A DNA stretch of 63,963 nt, counting the filler, from an uncultured archaeon (GTDB lineage Archaea; Iainarchaeota; Iainarchaeia; Iainarchaeales; 1-14-0-10-31-34): the NCBI GenBank assembly GCA_964442255.1. It is 3 parts of 3 records of this genome, joined end to end, with 100 filler letters (N's around TTAATTAATTAA, not from the genome) between each part and the next. Parts side by side here need not be neighbours in the genome. Positions count along the whole stretch, not along the records: positions 1 to 28,579 come from CAYTYC010000015.1; 2 more parts are not named here. One strand, given 5' to 3'. Within the stretch, counting starts at the first letter, position 1; the number at the start of each line of letters is the position of its first letter. The position numbers and the translations under genes were made by a program. The notes under the pieces are model-generated. The model did no database searches, had not been told where the DNA came from, and worked only from the letters and a program-made list of their open reading frames with translations. Shown here in pieces: positions 1 through 8,789 of the stretch.

Positions 1-117
1 GGGCCGCCTTCGGCGGAGAAACTTTTCAAAAAAGTTTCATCAAAACAAACTTTTTTCCAAAAAGTTTGATTAAAAAATTGCCTTCGGCAAGTGGCTTACG
101 CCATGCGGTTTCGCCGT
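1..117. repeat. Modular hairpin repeat (AAACTTTTT-N-AAAAAGTTT-ATCAAAA modules plus GCCTTCGGC, GGCTTACGCC and CGGTTTCGCCG mini-hairpins)
   Basis: The same modules recur at 28358-28465, 28511-28579, 28680-28772 (inverted) and 32292-32331. Nt 1-31 match the reverse complement of 28680-28710 with one mismatch. Confidence 0.85.
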
Positions 118-127
118 TGACGGGAAT

Positions 128-176
128 TGACGTCCATGTTTGGGAAACCCCGCACTTCAGTGCGGGGAGGACGTCA
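128..176 (+). mobile_element. IS200/IS605-like terminal hairpin remnant, no transposase in window
   Basis: GAAACCCCGCAC-TTCA-GTGCGGGGAGGACGTCA resembles typical IS200/IS605/IS1341 end hairpins. Outer stem TGACGTCC/GGACGTCA. Confidence 0.55.
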
Positions 177-271
177 TTCAATGGTATTCCCTCAAATGGA
201 AAAGGCTTGCACAATTATTAAAGGTTTTGATTTAAATTGTTAATGAGGTTTATTTGACTTAGGTAAGAAGC

Positions 272-1249
272 ATGAATTATCTGATTACAGGAATAAGCGG
301 TTTTGTGGGCCCGCATTTGGCAAACCTTTTGCACGAAGAAGGGCACAAAGTTTCAGGGCTGGTGAGGGAAACCAATGGAACAGAGACAGATATCAGGGAC
401 GTTGTGCGGGATAAAGTTTTCTCTAAAATTAATTTTTTTTATGGCGACATCACAAGCAGCGACGGAATGGAAAAACTATTCAAAAAACAAGAATTTGACG
501 GCGTCTTCCACCTGGCTGCGCAAAGCCATCCCCCAACAAGCTTTGAAATGCCTGTTGAAACATTTAAAATCAATGCACTTGGCACAATTAACCTTGCAAA
601 GGCAATTGAAAAGCACCAGAAAGACTGTAAAATGATGTTCTGCTCAACTTCAGAGGTTTACGGTGCGGTGCCGGAAGAGAAAGGCCCGATTGATGAAACC
701 TTTCCCATCGCCCCAATAAATCCTTACGGGGTAAGCAAGGCTGCAGCAGACTTGCATGTGAGGGAAAGAGCCAAATCTTTGGGTTTAAATTTTTTTGTCA
801 CGCGTGCCTTCTCGCACACAGGGCCAAGAAGAGGAAAAATTTTTTCAATCTCTTCTGACGCCTATCAGATTGCAAGAATTTTGAAGGGAATGCAGAAAAA
901 GGAAATCAATGTTGGAACCCTTTCAAGCAAGCGTGTGGTAATGGATGTGAGGGACTGCGTTAAAGCTTACTATCTTTTAATGCAAAAGTTTTCCCCGGGG
1001 GAAGCATACAATGTTGGGGGAGACGGCCTGCACTCAATGCGGGACTTTTTGGATAAAATGCTTGAATTAAGCGACCTGAAGGAAAAAGTGGAGCTAAAGC
1101 TCGACAAAAGGCTGGTCAGGCCTATTGACATTCCGGTGCAGGTATGCAATTCAGGAAAATGCAGGGCTCTTACCAACTGGAAACCTGAAATAAAGACTGA
1201 AAAAACCTTGCGGGACTTGCTTGATTACTGGATGGAAAAAATAAAATAA
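272..1249 (+). CDS. GDP-mannose 4,6-dehydratase / GDP-sugar reductase (extended SDR)
   Basis: GISGFVG NAD-binding motif, HLAAQSH, STSEVYG, YGVSK, FSHTGPRR. Confidence 0.85.
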   Translation: MNYLITGISGFVGPHLANLLHEEGHKVSGLVRETNGTETDIRDVVRDKVFSKINFFYGDITSSDGMEKLFKKQEFDGVFHLAAQSHPPTSFEMPVETFKINALGTINLAKAIEKHQKDCKMMFCSTSEVYGAVPEEKGPIDETFPIAPINPYGVSKAAADLHVRERAKSLGLNFFVTRAFSHTGPRRGKIFSISSDAYQIARILKGMQKKEINVGTLSSKRVVMDVRDCVKAYYLLMQKFSPGEAYNVGGDGLHSMRDFLDKMLELSDLKEKVELKLDKRLVRPIDIPVQVCNSGKCRALTNWKPEIKTEKTLRDLLDYWMEKIK

Positions 1250-1323
1250 TCTTTTCAGTTTGCTTTTGCACAACTATTAAAGGTTTTCCCCTGATTCTTT
1301 TTGCACAGGGAGAAGGTTTTATT

Positions 1324-2283
1324 TTGCTGCACCCAAAGTACGCGAAAAGGGTTTACAGGAATTCACTTGGTTTGAAGGAATACGAGACTGTCCTGATTAT
1401 AACTGACGAAAAAATGCGGAAAATAGGCAGGGCTTTCTTTAAGGCTGCAAGGGAACTGGGGAACGAAGCGGTTTACGCGGAAATGGTTTCCCGTTCAATT
1501 GACGGGGAAGAGCCGCCAAAAATTATTTCGGATGCGATGAAAAAAGCGGACGTGATTGTTTTGGTCACGAGGCGGTCGCTTTCTCACACCAAGGCCAGGA
1601 GGGACGCAAACAAAAAGGGCGCAAGGATTGCATCCATGCCGGGCGTGACTGAAGGAATGCTTGAAAGAAACTATTACGCGGACTACAGGAAAATAAGGAA
1701 ACGCACAAAGGCAATAGCCCAGTATTTGAACAACGCAAAAAACGTGCGCATTCAAACAGACGCGGGAACAAACATTTCAATGAGCCTGGAGGGAAGGGGG
1801 CACGGAAACATTTTCAGCGGGCTTTACCGGAGAAAAGGAATCCGCGGAAACGTTCCCGCGGGGGAGGCGAGGCTTGCGCCGGTTGAAAAAACCGCTGAAG
1901 GCGTTTTTGTTGTTGACGCGTCCATGGCGGGAATAGGGAAAGTGCGTTCCCCCATCACCATAACCGTGGAAAAAGGCTATGCGACAAAGATTGAGGGAAA
2001 AAAGGACGCCGAAAAACTGAAAAGAATGCTGCAGGGAAAGCCAAAGGCCGCGTACAACATCGGTGAACTCGGGATAGGGACAAATGACAAGGCGGAAATA
2101 TCCGGAAGGGTTTTGGAGGACGAAAAAGTCCTTGGAACCGCGCACCTTGCATTGGGTGACAGCACTTCCTTCGGAGGAAAAGTGAAGACTTCCACGCACC
2201 TGGACGGGGTTTTCATGGATCCAACCATTTGGGTGGACGAAAAAATGGTTATGGACAAGGGAAAGCTTTTGGTTTTCGATTAA
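1324..2283 (+). CDS. M29 (AmpS/aminopeptidase T-like) metallopeptidase, copy 1
   Basis: GNVPAGE, GELGIGTN, LEDEKVLGTAHLALG, HLDGV; TTG start. Confidence 0.85.
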   Translation: MLHPKYAKRVYRNSLGLKEYETVLIITDEKMRKIGRAFFKAARELGNEAVYAEMVSRSIDGEEPPKIISDAMKKADVIVLVTRRSLSHTKARRDANKKGARIASMPGVTEGMLERNYYADYRKIRKRTKAIAQYLNNAKNVRIQTDAGTNISMSLEGRGHGNIFSGLYRRKGIRGNVPAGEARLAPVEKTAEGVFVVDASMAGIGKVRSPITITVEKGYATKIEGKKDAEKLKRMLQGKPKAAYNIGELGIGTNDKAEISGRVLEDEKVLGTAHLALGDSTSFGGKVKTSTHLDGVFMDPTIWVDEKMVMDKGKLLVFD

Positions 2284-2301
2284 CTTGGAGGTTTTTTTCC
2301 G

Positions 2302-3648
2302 GTGAAAAACGGAAAGAAAAACGGAAAAAAAAGGAAAAAGATTTTCACAATTGGAATGGAAATTGAAATGATGCTTTTGAACAGCTCAGGGCATGTTGTT
2401 GGAAAAGCGGACGAACTGCTTAAAAGAATCAATGAAAAGCATCCGGAAGTTGACGCGGTAAAGGAATGCGGAAGGCACATGATTGAATTAAGGGTAAAGC
2501 CTTTTGAGGACGTGGCCAGAACCTCGTTGAATATGGTGGAAGGCCTTGAAAAAACCTCAGAGGTTGCAAGGGAGATGGATTTGCATTTGTTTCCGCACGG
2601 CACCTATCCCGGAGACTTTGACCCTCCAATGCGCTTGAAGGGAAAGTACGCTGCACAGGTAAAGGTCTTCGGGCCGAGAAGGTGGAACATTGCCGGGCGC
2701 TGCACGGGCTTTCACTTCCATTACCGTTTGCCTTTTGGGGTGCTGGACAGCAGGACAAGGAAAATCAGGCCTTTGGCTGACTCAAAGGAAAAAGACGCAA
2801 TGATTAATTCCTATAATTTGATGCTTGCAATGGACCCCGTTGTTTCAACTTTAATGCAGTCCTCTCCCTTTTACAGGGGAAAATTTTACGGAAAAGACTC
2901 CCGTGCAATCTGGTACCGCGGGGATCCGGTATTCCGGAACAGGAAATCCCTTTACGCCAAACTCCCTCAACTTGGCGGGCTGCCGCTTTACATTTACACT
3001 GTGACAGACCTTATTGACAGGTATGACCTGAATTTCAGGAAATGGAGCGAAGCTGTTTTGGGCCTGGGAATGGATGTTAAAACACTCAGGCATTACAGGG
3101 ATGTTTCCGACACCTCCTGGAATCCTGTAAGGGTGAATGATTTGGATACGCTTGAGCAGAGGGGAATGGACATGAACCACCCCAAGTACCTTATTGGTGC
3201 GACTGTCTTGCTTAGCTCTGTGCTTAAAAAAAACCAGGAGCAGTATTGGGAAGTTAAGCCATCCGATATCGGAATAAAAGAGCCTTTTAAGAAAGAGGGA
3301 AAAACCATTTACCTCCCCCCAAGGACCCCGCTGAGGAAAAAGCTTCAGCTGCTTTCCGCAACAAAGGGATTTGAAAGTGGGGAAGTTTACCATTACTGCA
3401 AAAGGTTTTTTTCTTTTGCAAGGAAAACAGTCTGCAAGAAAGACCGCACTGCGCTGCGCAGGCTGGAATACCTGTTCAGGAGAAAGAAAACCGTTTCAGA
3501 TATTGTCATCAGAAGGGCGAAAAGAAAGGGTTACGGAGTGAAGGAAGTTCTGCCGAATGAAGTGGCGGCTGAAATGGCGTTAAAGAGCGCGGAACAGGTT
3601 TTGGTTGAAATTCGGCAGGTAAAGCGCGTTATAGAGAAGATGTGCTGA
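2302..3648 (+). CDS. Glutamate-cysteine ligase family 2 (GCS2) carboxylate-amine ligase, copy 1
   Basis: TIGMEIE, MIELRV, GFHFH, SSPFY-G, WNPVR, TLEQRGMD. Confidence 0.8.
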   Translation: MKNGKKNGKKRKKIFTIGMEIEMMLLNSSGHVVGKADELLKRINEKHPEVDAVKECGRHMIELRVKPFEDVARTSLNMVEGLEKTSEVAREMDLHLFPHGTYPGDFDPPMRLKGKYAAQVKVFGPRRWNIAGRCTGFHFHYRLPFGVLDSRTRKIRPLADSKEKDAMINSYNLMLAMDPVVSTLMQSSPFYRGKFYGKDSRAIWYRGDPVFRNRKSLYAKLPQLGGLPLYIYTVTDLIDRYDLNFRKWSEAVLGLGMDVKTLRHYRDVSDTSWNPVRVNDLDTLEQRGMDMNHPKYLIGATVLLSSVLKKNQEQYWEVKPSDIGIKEPFKKEGKTIYLPPRTPLRKKLQLLSATKGFESGEVYHYCKRFFSFARKTVCKKDRTALRRLEYLFRRKKTVSDIVIRRAKRKGYGVKEVLPNEVAAEMALKSAEQVLVEIRQVKRVIEKMC

Positions 3649-3693
3649 AAAGCCTTGCAAGCTTATTAAGGATTTTGGTTTTCTTTTTCTTGC

Positions 3694-4653
3694 ATGCTTC
3701 ACCCCAAATACGCGAAAAGGATTCTCATTAATTCCCTTGGGTTAAAGGAAGGCGAAACCGTCCTGGTTGTGACTGATGAAAAGCTGCGCGTAATCGGAAA
3801 GGCTTTTTTTAAGGCAGCGAGGTCCATGGGAAACGTCGCGGTTTACAGTGAAATGCCGCCCGGAAAAACAAACGGGGAAGAGCCGCCCAAAATGGTTGCA
3901 GAGGCAATGAAAAAGGCGGACGTGATTGCAATGGTTACCCGGACTTCTTTGACCCACACCAAGGCCAGGAGGGACGCAAACAAAAAGGGCGCAAGGATTG
4001 CTTCAATGCCCAACGTGAACGAGGAAATGCTTGAAAGAAATTATTACGCGGACTACCGGAAAATAAGGAAAAGGACGAAGGCGATTGCGGAGTACATTGA
4101 CAGGGGAAAAAGCGCGAGAATCCGGACAGACGCGGGAACAAACATTTCAATGAGCATTGAAGGCAGGGAACACGGCCCGATTTTAAGCGGATGGTATCAC
4201 AGGAAAGGAGTCCGCGGAAACATTCCCGCAGGGGAAACCCATGTTGCGCCTGTGGAGGGAACAAGCGAGGGGGTGTTTGTTGTTGACGCTTCCATGGGCG
4301 TGATTGGAAGGGTTCGTTCGCCAATCACGATTACCGTGGAAAAAGGCCATGCGACAAAGATTGAGGGAAAAAAGGACGCCAAAAAACTGAAGAGGCTTTT
4401 GCAGGGAAAGCCGAAGGCCGCGTACAATGTCGGCGAATTCGGAATTGGAACAAATGACAAGGCTGAAGTGCATGGAATTGTTTTGGAGGACGAAAAAGTC
4501 CTTGGAACCGCGCACCTTGCATTGGGTGACAGCACTTCCTTCGGAGGAAAAGTAAAGGTTTCCTCGCATCTTGATGGAGTGTTCCACGATCCAACCATAT
4601 GGGTTGACGAAAAAATGATAATGAAGAAAGGAAAGCTGTTAATACAGTACTAG
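3694..4653 (+). CDS. M29 metallopeptidase, copy 2
   Basis: Close paralog of 1324-2283 with the same length and motifs. Confidence 0.85.
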   Translation: MLHPKYAKRILINSLGLKEGETVLVVTDEKLRVIGKAFFKAARSMGNVAVYSEMPPGKTNGEEPPKMVAEAMKKADVIAMVTRTSLTHTKARRDANKKGARIASMPNVNEEMLERNYYADYRKIRKRTKAIAEYIDRGKSARIRTDAGTNISMSIEGREHGPILSGWYHRKGVRGNIPAGETHVAPVEGTSEGVFVVDASMGVIGRVRSPITITVEKGHATKIEGKKDAKKLKRLLQGKPKAAYNVGEFGIGTNDKAEVHGIVLEDEKVLGTAHLALGDSTSFGGKVKVSSHLDGVFHDPTIWVDEKMIMKKGKLLIQY

Positions 4654-4658
4654 TTTGA

Positions 4659-6011
4659 GTGGTGAAAAGGTTGGCAAACAACGGCAAAAAAAAGAAGAAA
4701 GTCATTTTCACTATTGGAATGGAAGTGGAGATGATGCTTTTAAACAACTCAGGGCACGTTGTTTCCAAAGCGGATGAACTGAAAAAAAAGCTGAAAAAAA
4801 AGTTTCCGGAAGTTGACGCAACAAAGGAAGCCGGAAGGCACATGTTTGAACTCCGCGTACTGCCGCACCACGAGGTTTCCCGAACGGCGCTGAATTTATT
4901 GGACGGCTTGGGGAAAACCGCGGAAGTCGCGCGCGAAATGGATTTGCATTTGTTTCCTCACGGCACTTACCCGGGGGAATTTGACCCGCAGATGAGAAGC
5001 ACAGGGCAGTACGCGGTTAAAGAAAAGATTTTTGGGCCAAGAAGATGGAGGATTGCTGGAAGGTGCACCGGGTTTCATTTCCATTACCGCGTTCCGTTCG
5101 GGGTGCTGGACAGAAAAAAGCTTATGCTCAGGCCCTTGACGAAATCCAAGGAAAAAGAGTCCCTGATTAATTCTTATAATTTGATGCTTGCAATGGACCC
5201 CGTTGTTTCAACTTTAATGCAGTCCTCTCCCTTTTACCAGGGAAAATTTTACGGAAAAGATTCAAGGGCGATTTGGTACCGCGGCGACCCCGCACTCAAA
5301 AACCCGAAAGCCCTTTACTCCAAGTTTCCAAGAATGGGGGGCCTGCCGGTTTACATTCAAACCGGGGCTGACCTAATCAACCGCTACAGGGGAAACTTCC
5401 GGAAATGGAAGGAAATAATGGTTGAAGCGGGGCTGAAGGAAAGCATGATACGGCGCTACAAAAGTTCTTTGGATACTGCGTGGAATCCTTTGAGGGTGAA
5501 CAAGCTTGGAACGCTTGAGCAGAGGGGAATGGACATGAACCACCCAAAATACATTATCGGCTCAACCCTTCTTTTGAGTTCAGTCCTTAAGCACAACCAG
5601 GAAGAGTACTGGAATGTAAAGCCCTCGGATATTGGAATAAAGGACCCGTTCAAAAAAGAGGGAAAAACGTTGTACATTGCCCCCCGCACTGAGGTAAAGC
5701 AAAAACTGCAGATGCTTTCCGCTTGCAAGGGTTTTGAAAGCAAAGAGGTTTACCATTACTGCAAGCATTTCTTCAAGTTTGCGAGGGGCTGCATGAAGAA
5801 AAAAGACCGCACGGCTTTGAGGAGGGTAGAGTACTTGTTCAGGAGAAAGAAAACGGTTTCCGATATCCTGATTAGGCGCGCCAAAAAAATGGGTTACTCC
5901 AAAAAGGATTCCCTTCCAAAGGATGCCGCGGCTGAAATGGCTTTGAAGAGCGCGGAACAGGTTTTGGTTGAAATTCCGCAGGTTAAAAGGGTAATGGAAA
6001 AGATGGTGTGA
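4659..6011 (+). CDS. GCS2 carboxylate-amine ligase, copy 2
   Basis: Paralog of 2302-3648 with the same catalytic motifs. Confidence 0.8.
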   Translation: MVKRLANNGKKKKKVIFTIGMEVEMMLLNNSGHVVSKADELKKKLKKKFPEVDATKEAGRHMFELRVLPHHEVSRTALNLLDGLGKTAEVAREMDLHLFPHGTYPGEFDPQMRSTGQYAVKEKIFGPRRWRIAGRCTGFHFHYRVPFGVLDRKKLMLRPLTKSKEKESLINSYNLMLAMDPVVSTLMQSSPFYQGKFYGKDSRAIWYRGDPALKNPKALYSKFPRMGGLPVYIQTGADLINRYRGNFRKWKEIMVEAGLKESMIRRYKSSLDTAWNPLRVNKLGTLEQRGMDMNHPKYIIGSTLLLSSVLKHNQEEYWNVKPSDIGIKDPFKKEGKTLYIAPRTEVKQKLQMLSACKGFESKEVYHYCKHFFKFARGCMKKKDRTALRRVEYLFRRKKTVSDILIRRAKKMGYSKKDSLPKDAAAEMALKSAEQVLVEIPQVKRVMEKMV

Positions 6012-6012
6012 A

Positions 6013-6936
6013 ATGGTTCTCAACAGGGCGGTTGCACTGGTTTCCCTTGCCAGGCCGCTTGAATGGAGCAAAAGCCTGAACAACATGCTCATAGCGGCGC
6101 TTTACGCGTCATTTATTGTTCTCGCTTTGGGGGAAATTTTTTTTGAGAAACTTGAATTGTTTGCCTTGGCTTTCATTGTTGTCGGCCCAATGCTTTGGGG
6201 CGGGTTGTACGCCCTGAATGATTACACGGACAGGCACAAGGACAGGCTGCACCATGCCAAAAGGCATCGCCCGCTGGCTTCGGAAAAGCTTTCGCCCAAA
6301 CTTGCCCTGGCTTTTGCTTTGCTGTTGATTTTCTCTTCTTTGCTGCTCGGATTTTTTGTTGGATGGCTTTTTTTTCTGTGTTTGGTTGCGATGCTTGTAA
6401 ACCAGCTCCTGTACACGCATCCCTCCATTCACCTGAAGAAAAGGAAGGGCTGGGATTTGGTTTCAGGCTCGCTTGTTAACCCTTTTTTCAGGTTTTACGC
6501 TGGATGGGTTTTGTTTGTTCCCGCATTCAATGCGCCGGTTCTTTTGCTTTTGTTTGTTTTGGGGATTCAGTTTGCGGGCTTCACCCTTTACAGGCTTAGC
6601 GCAAAAGACCATGAAAAGGAGCTTGAGTTCAGGAGTTCGGCTGTGGAATTCGGGGAAAGGAATTTAAGGCACCTTGCTTACGTTGTTGGCGGAATCGGGG
6701 GATTGGGCTTTTTGCTGATGGTTTTGATTCCGGTTTTTGTTCCTTCACTTAAGTTTTTGGGGTGGCTGCCTTTAAGGTTTGCGTGGATAATTGTTTTCAG
6801 CGCGCTTCTGGCGCCATTATACTGCCGCGCGGCCAGGGACCCCAAAAACATGGACCTCAAGAAAATGCATAAAACGATTTACTGGCACAATATTGCGTTT
6901 ATTGTGCTTTTCGCAGCCCTTTTTATTTTATTTTAA
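6013..6936 (+). CDS. UbiA-family prenyltransferase (decaprenyl-phosphate phosphoribosyltransferase-like)
   Basis: ARPLEWSK, YALNDYTDRHKDRLHHAKRHRPLAS, multiple TM helices. Confidence 0.8.
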   Translation: MVLNRAVALVSLARPLEWSKSLNNMLIAALYASFIVLALGEIFFEKLELFALAFIVVGPMLWGGLYALNDYTDRHKDRLHHAKRHRPLASEKLSPKLALAFALLLIFSSLLLGFFVGWLFFLCLVAMLVNQLLYTHPSIHLKKRKGWDLVSGSLVNPFFRFYAGWVLFVPAFNAPVLLLLFVLGIQFAGFTLYRLSAKDHEKELEFRSSAVEFGERNLRHLAYVVGGIGGLGFLLMVLIPVFVPSLKFLGWLPLRFAWIIVFSALLAPLYCRAARDPKNMDLKKMHKTIYWHNIAFIVLFAALFILF

Positions 6937-6990
6937 TCGTTTGCGGTATGTTTAAATATGGGTTTGTGCAATAGTTTTTTGTATTATCTC

Positions 6991-7016
6991 CCTGCCATTG
7001 CTTCGGCAACGGCAGG
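6991..7016 (+). promoter_or_regulatory. 5' leader hairpin (TTGC-TTCG-GCAA) of the NYN gene, downstream of TATA box TTTAAATA (6951-6958)
   Basis: CCTGCC-A-TTGCTTCGGCAA-C-GGCAGG. The same 12-nt core precedes the second NYN gene. Confidence 0.5.
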
Positions 7017-7034
7017 CATTTTTCTGGTTTTAGG

Positions 7035-7574
7035 ATGTTTTTTAGGAAAAAGAAAACCATTGTTTTTGTTGACGGCAGCAACTTATACCGCGGTTTGTTG
7101 GAAAACTTTGGAAGCGCAAATATTGATTTTGGCGCTTTTATTTCTTTTCTTGTCGCTAAAAATAAGCTGGTTAAAACATACTACTGCAATGTTCCGGTTA
7201 ACAGAAACGATAAACCGGAAGAGTATAAAAGGCAGCAAAAGTTTTTTTCAGCGTTGCGAAGGATTCCGCGGTTTGAAGTCAAGCTTGGGCGGCTTGAAAA
7301 AAGGCCTGGTGCGCCTCCTGTGGAGAAAGGAGTTGATGTTTGGATGGCAGTAGATATTGTGACGCACGCGTATTCAAACATCTTTGATGTCGCTGTTTTG
7401 GTTTCAGGGGACTCTGATTTTGTCCCTGCCATTGAAGCGGTCCAGGATTTCGGCAAAAAAGTGATAAATGTTTGCTTTCCTAAAACCAAGTCCTTCCACC
7501 TAAACCAGGTGTGTGACGAAACGATAACTGTGAATAAAGCAGTATTTGGGAAACTTGCCTGGAAAAAACGGTAA
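7035..7574 (+). CDS. NYN (LabA/DUF88) domain putative RNase
   Basis: FVDGSNL, EKGVDV, LVSGDSDFVP. Confidence 0.9.
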   Translation: MFFRKKKTIVFVDGSNLYRGLLENFGSANIDFGAFISFLVAKNKLVKTYYCNVPVNRNDKPEEYKRQQKFFSALRRIPRFEVKLGRLEKRPGAPPVEKGVDVWMAVDIVTHAYSNIFDVAVLVSGDSDFVPAIEAVQDFGKKVINVCFPKTKSFHLNQVCDETITVNKAVFGKLAWKKR

Positions 7575-7588
7575 AACTGGCGTTTTAA

Positions 7589-7720
7589 TCAGCTTTTTGC
7601 CCTCTTTTTGAGGTATTTTTTCTTTCTGCGCTTTTTGCGCATTTTCTTTTTTTTCCATTTCCAGCGCTGCCTGGCCTTGGTTTTCTTGAACCTGCTGGAA
7701 TCCTTGCTTTTTGTGCTCAT
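7589..7720 (-). CDS. rpl41e: Ribosomal protein L41e (eL41/eS32)-like, 43 aa, below ORF-track cutoff
   Basis: Manual translation MSTKSKDSSRFKKTKARQRWKWKKKKMRKKRRKKKYLKKRAKS fits the archaeal L41e pattern (RWKW-KK-MR). Confidence 0.75.
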   Translation of the reverse strand: MSTKSKDSSRFKKTKARQRWKWKKKKMRKKRRKKKYLKKRAKS

Positions 7721-7771
7721 CTTTTTTGCCTTAAAACAGTTAACTAAAAGTATTGGGAAACCTTTAAATTC

Positions 7772-7948
7772 CTACCTTGTGCGCATGAACACGCTTGCCA
7801 AAAGCATGACAAAAGTGAAAGCCATTCCTTTTGTTGTGTAAAAAACCTGCGGAAAAAGCTGCACTCCGCCCATTACCAGAATGTTTGCCAGCGCGTAAAC
7901 AAAAACCGTGAGAAGCAGCGCCCAGTACATGTCCTTTATTAGTCTCAT
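7772..7948 (-). CDS. Small two-TM membrane protein
   Basis: MRLIKDMYWALLL start directly follows the upstream gene's stop; hydrophobic. Confidence 0.55.
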   Translation of the reverse strand: MRLIKDMYWALLLTVFVYALANILVMGGVQLFPQVFYTTKGMAFTFVMLLASVFMRTR

Positions 7949-7952
7949 TCTT

Positions 7953-8330
7953 TCACCCGGTGGCAGTGAGTATAAGCCAGACATTGAATCCAATGAACAC
8001 TATCCAGAACTGCGTATTCAAAACCAACGGCATTCTTTCCCTGAGTGCGGGGTATTCTTCCGCCATCACCGCCGCAAACACCCTTGTGACATAGTGCAGC
8101 CCCAAAAAGCCTGCGCCCAGTATTACCCACCCGGTCATCATTGCCCAGTCCAGGTTGGCCCAGATAATGAAGCAAATAAGCCAGAAAAAAAGGAAGGCCT
8201 TTTTTCCTCCTGTAAAGTAGTATCCGGCTGCGGCTGCAATAAAAAGCCCAAATATGTTGAGTTCCACGAATTCAAGCAGCCAGCCCAAATCCAGGCTGAG
8301 CACAGCCCGGACTACCTCAAAAAAGACCAT
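7953..8330 (-). CDS. Hypothetical membrane protein (paralog of 8433-8789)
   Basis: Hydrophobic; shares the MV-x2-E-x5-L-x-LDLGW-x3-F-x2-LNI N-terminus. Confidence 0.7.
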   Translation of the reverse strand: MVFFEVVRAVLSLDLGWLLEFVELNIFGLFIAAAAGYYFTGGKKAFLFFWLICFIIWANLDWAMMTGWVILGAGFLGLHYVTRVFAAVMAEEYPALRERMPLVLNTQFWIVFIGFNVWLILTATG

Positions 8331-8432
8331 ATATTATGTATAAACTGGAGAGTATTTAATATTAACCCTTTATCGTGACAAGGTGAAAAGCTTATAAAGG
8401 GGGAAAGCAGCAATATATACAAGGGTTCAGCG

Positions 8433-8789
8433 ATGGTTTTAATGGAGGCATTCTGGCATTTCCTTGCACTGGATTTAGGCTGGTGGATGGCTTTCTTAGG
8501 CCTGAACATAATGTTTGTTTTTGCCCTGCCCGCAATGTGGCACTATTTTGAGGACGGCAAGCCATTGTTTCCCGCTTTTATCCCGTGGGTTTTGGTCATG
8601 TGGGGGGTTGTTTCTTTTCTTGGTTTAAGCGGGTTGACTTTTTTCAGCCAGAATCATTTGGGCGAATGGGCTGTAATAGTGTTTCTTGTGACAATTTTCC
8701 TTGCCGGAACAAGGCTGAACAAGTGGTCGTTTGCGGTACTGATTTCAATCTTCCTTACTTTGAGCTGGCTTGTTTCGCCCTGGGGCTAA
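8433..8789 (+). CDS. Hypothetical membrane protein (paralog of 7953-8330)
   Basis: Hydrophobic; LDLGW motif; divergently oriented. Confidence 0.7.
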   Translation: MVLMEAFWHFLALDLGWWMAFLGLNIMFVFALPAMWHYFEDGKPLFPAFIPWVLVMWGVVSFLGLSGLTFFSQNHLGEWAVIVFLVTIFLAGTRLNKWSFAVLISIFLTLSWLVSPWG

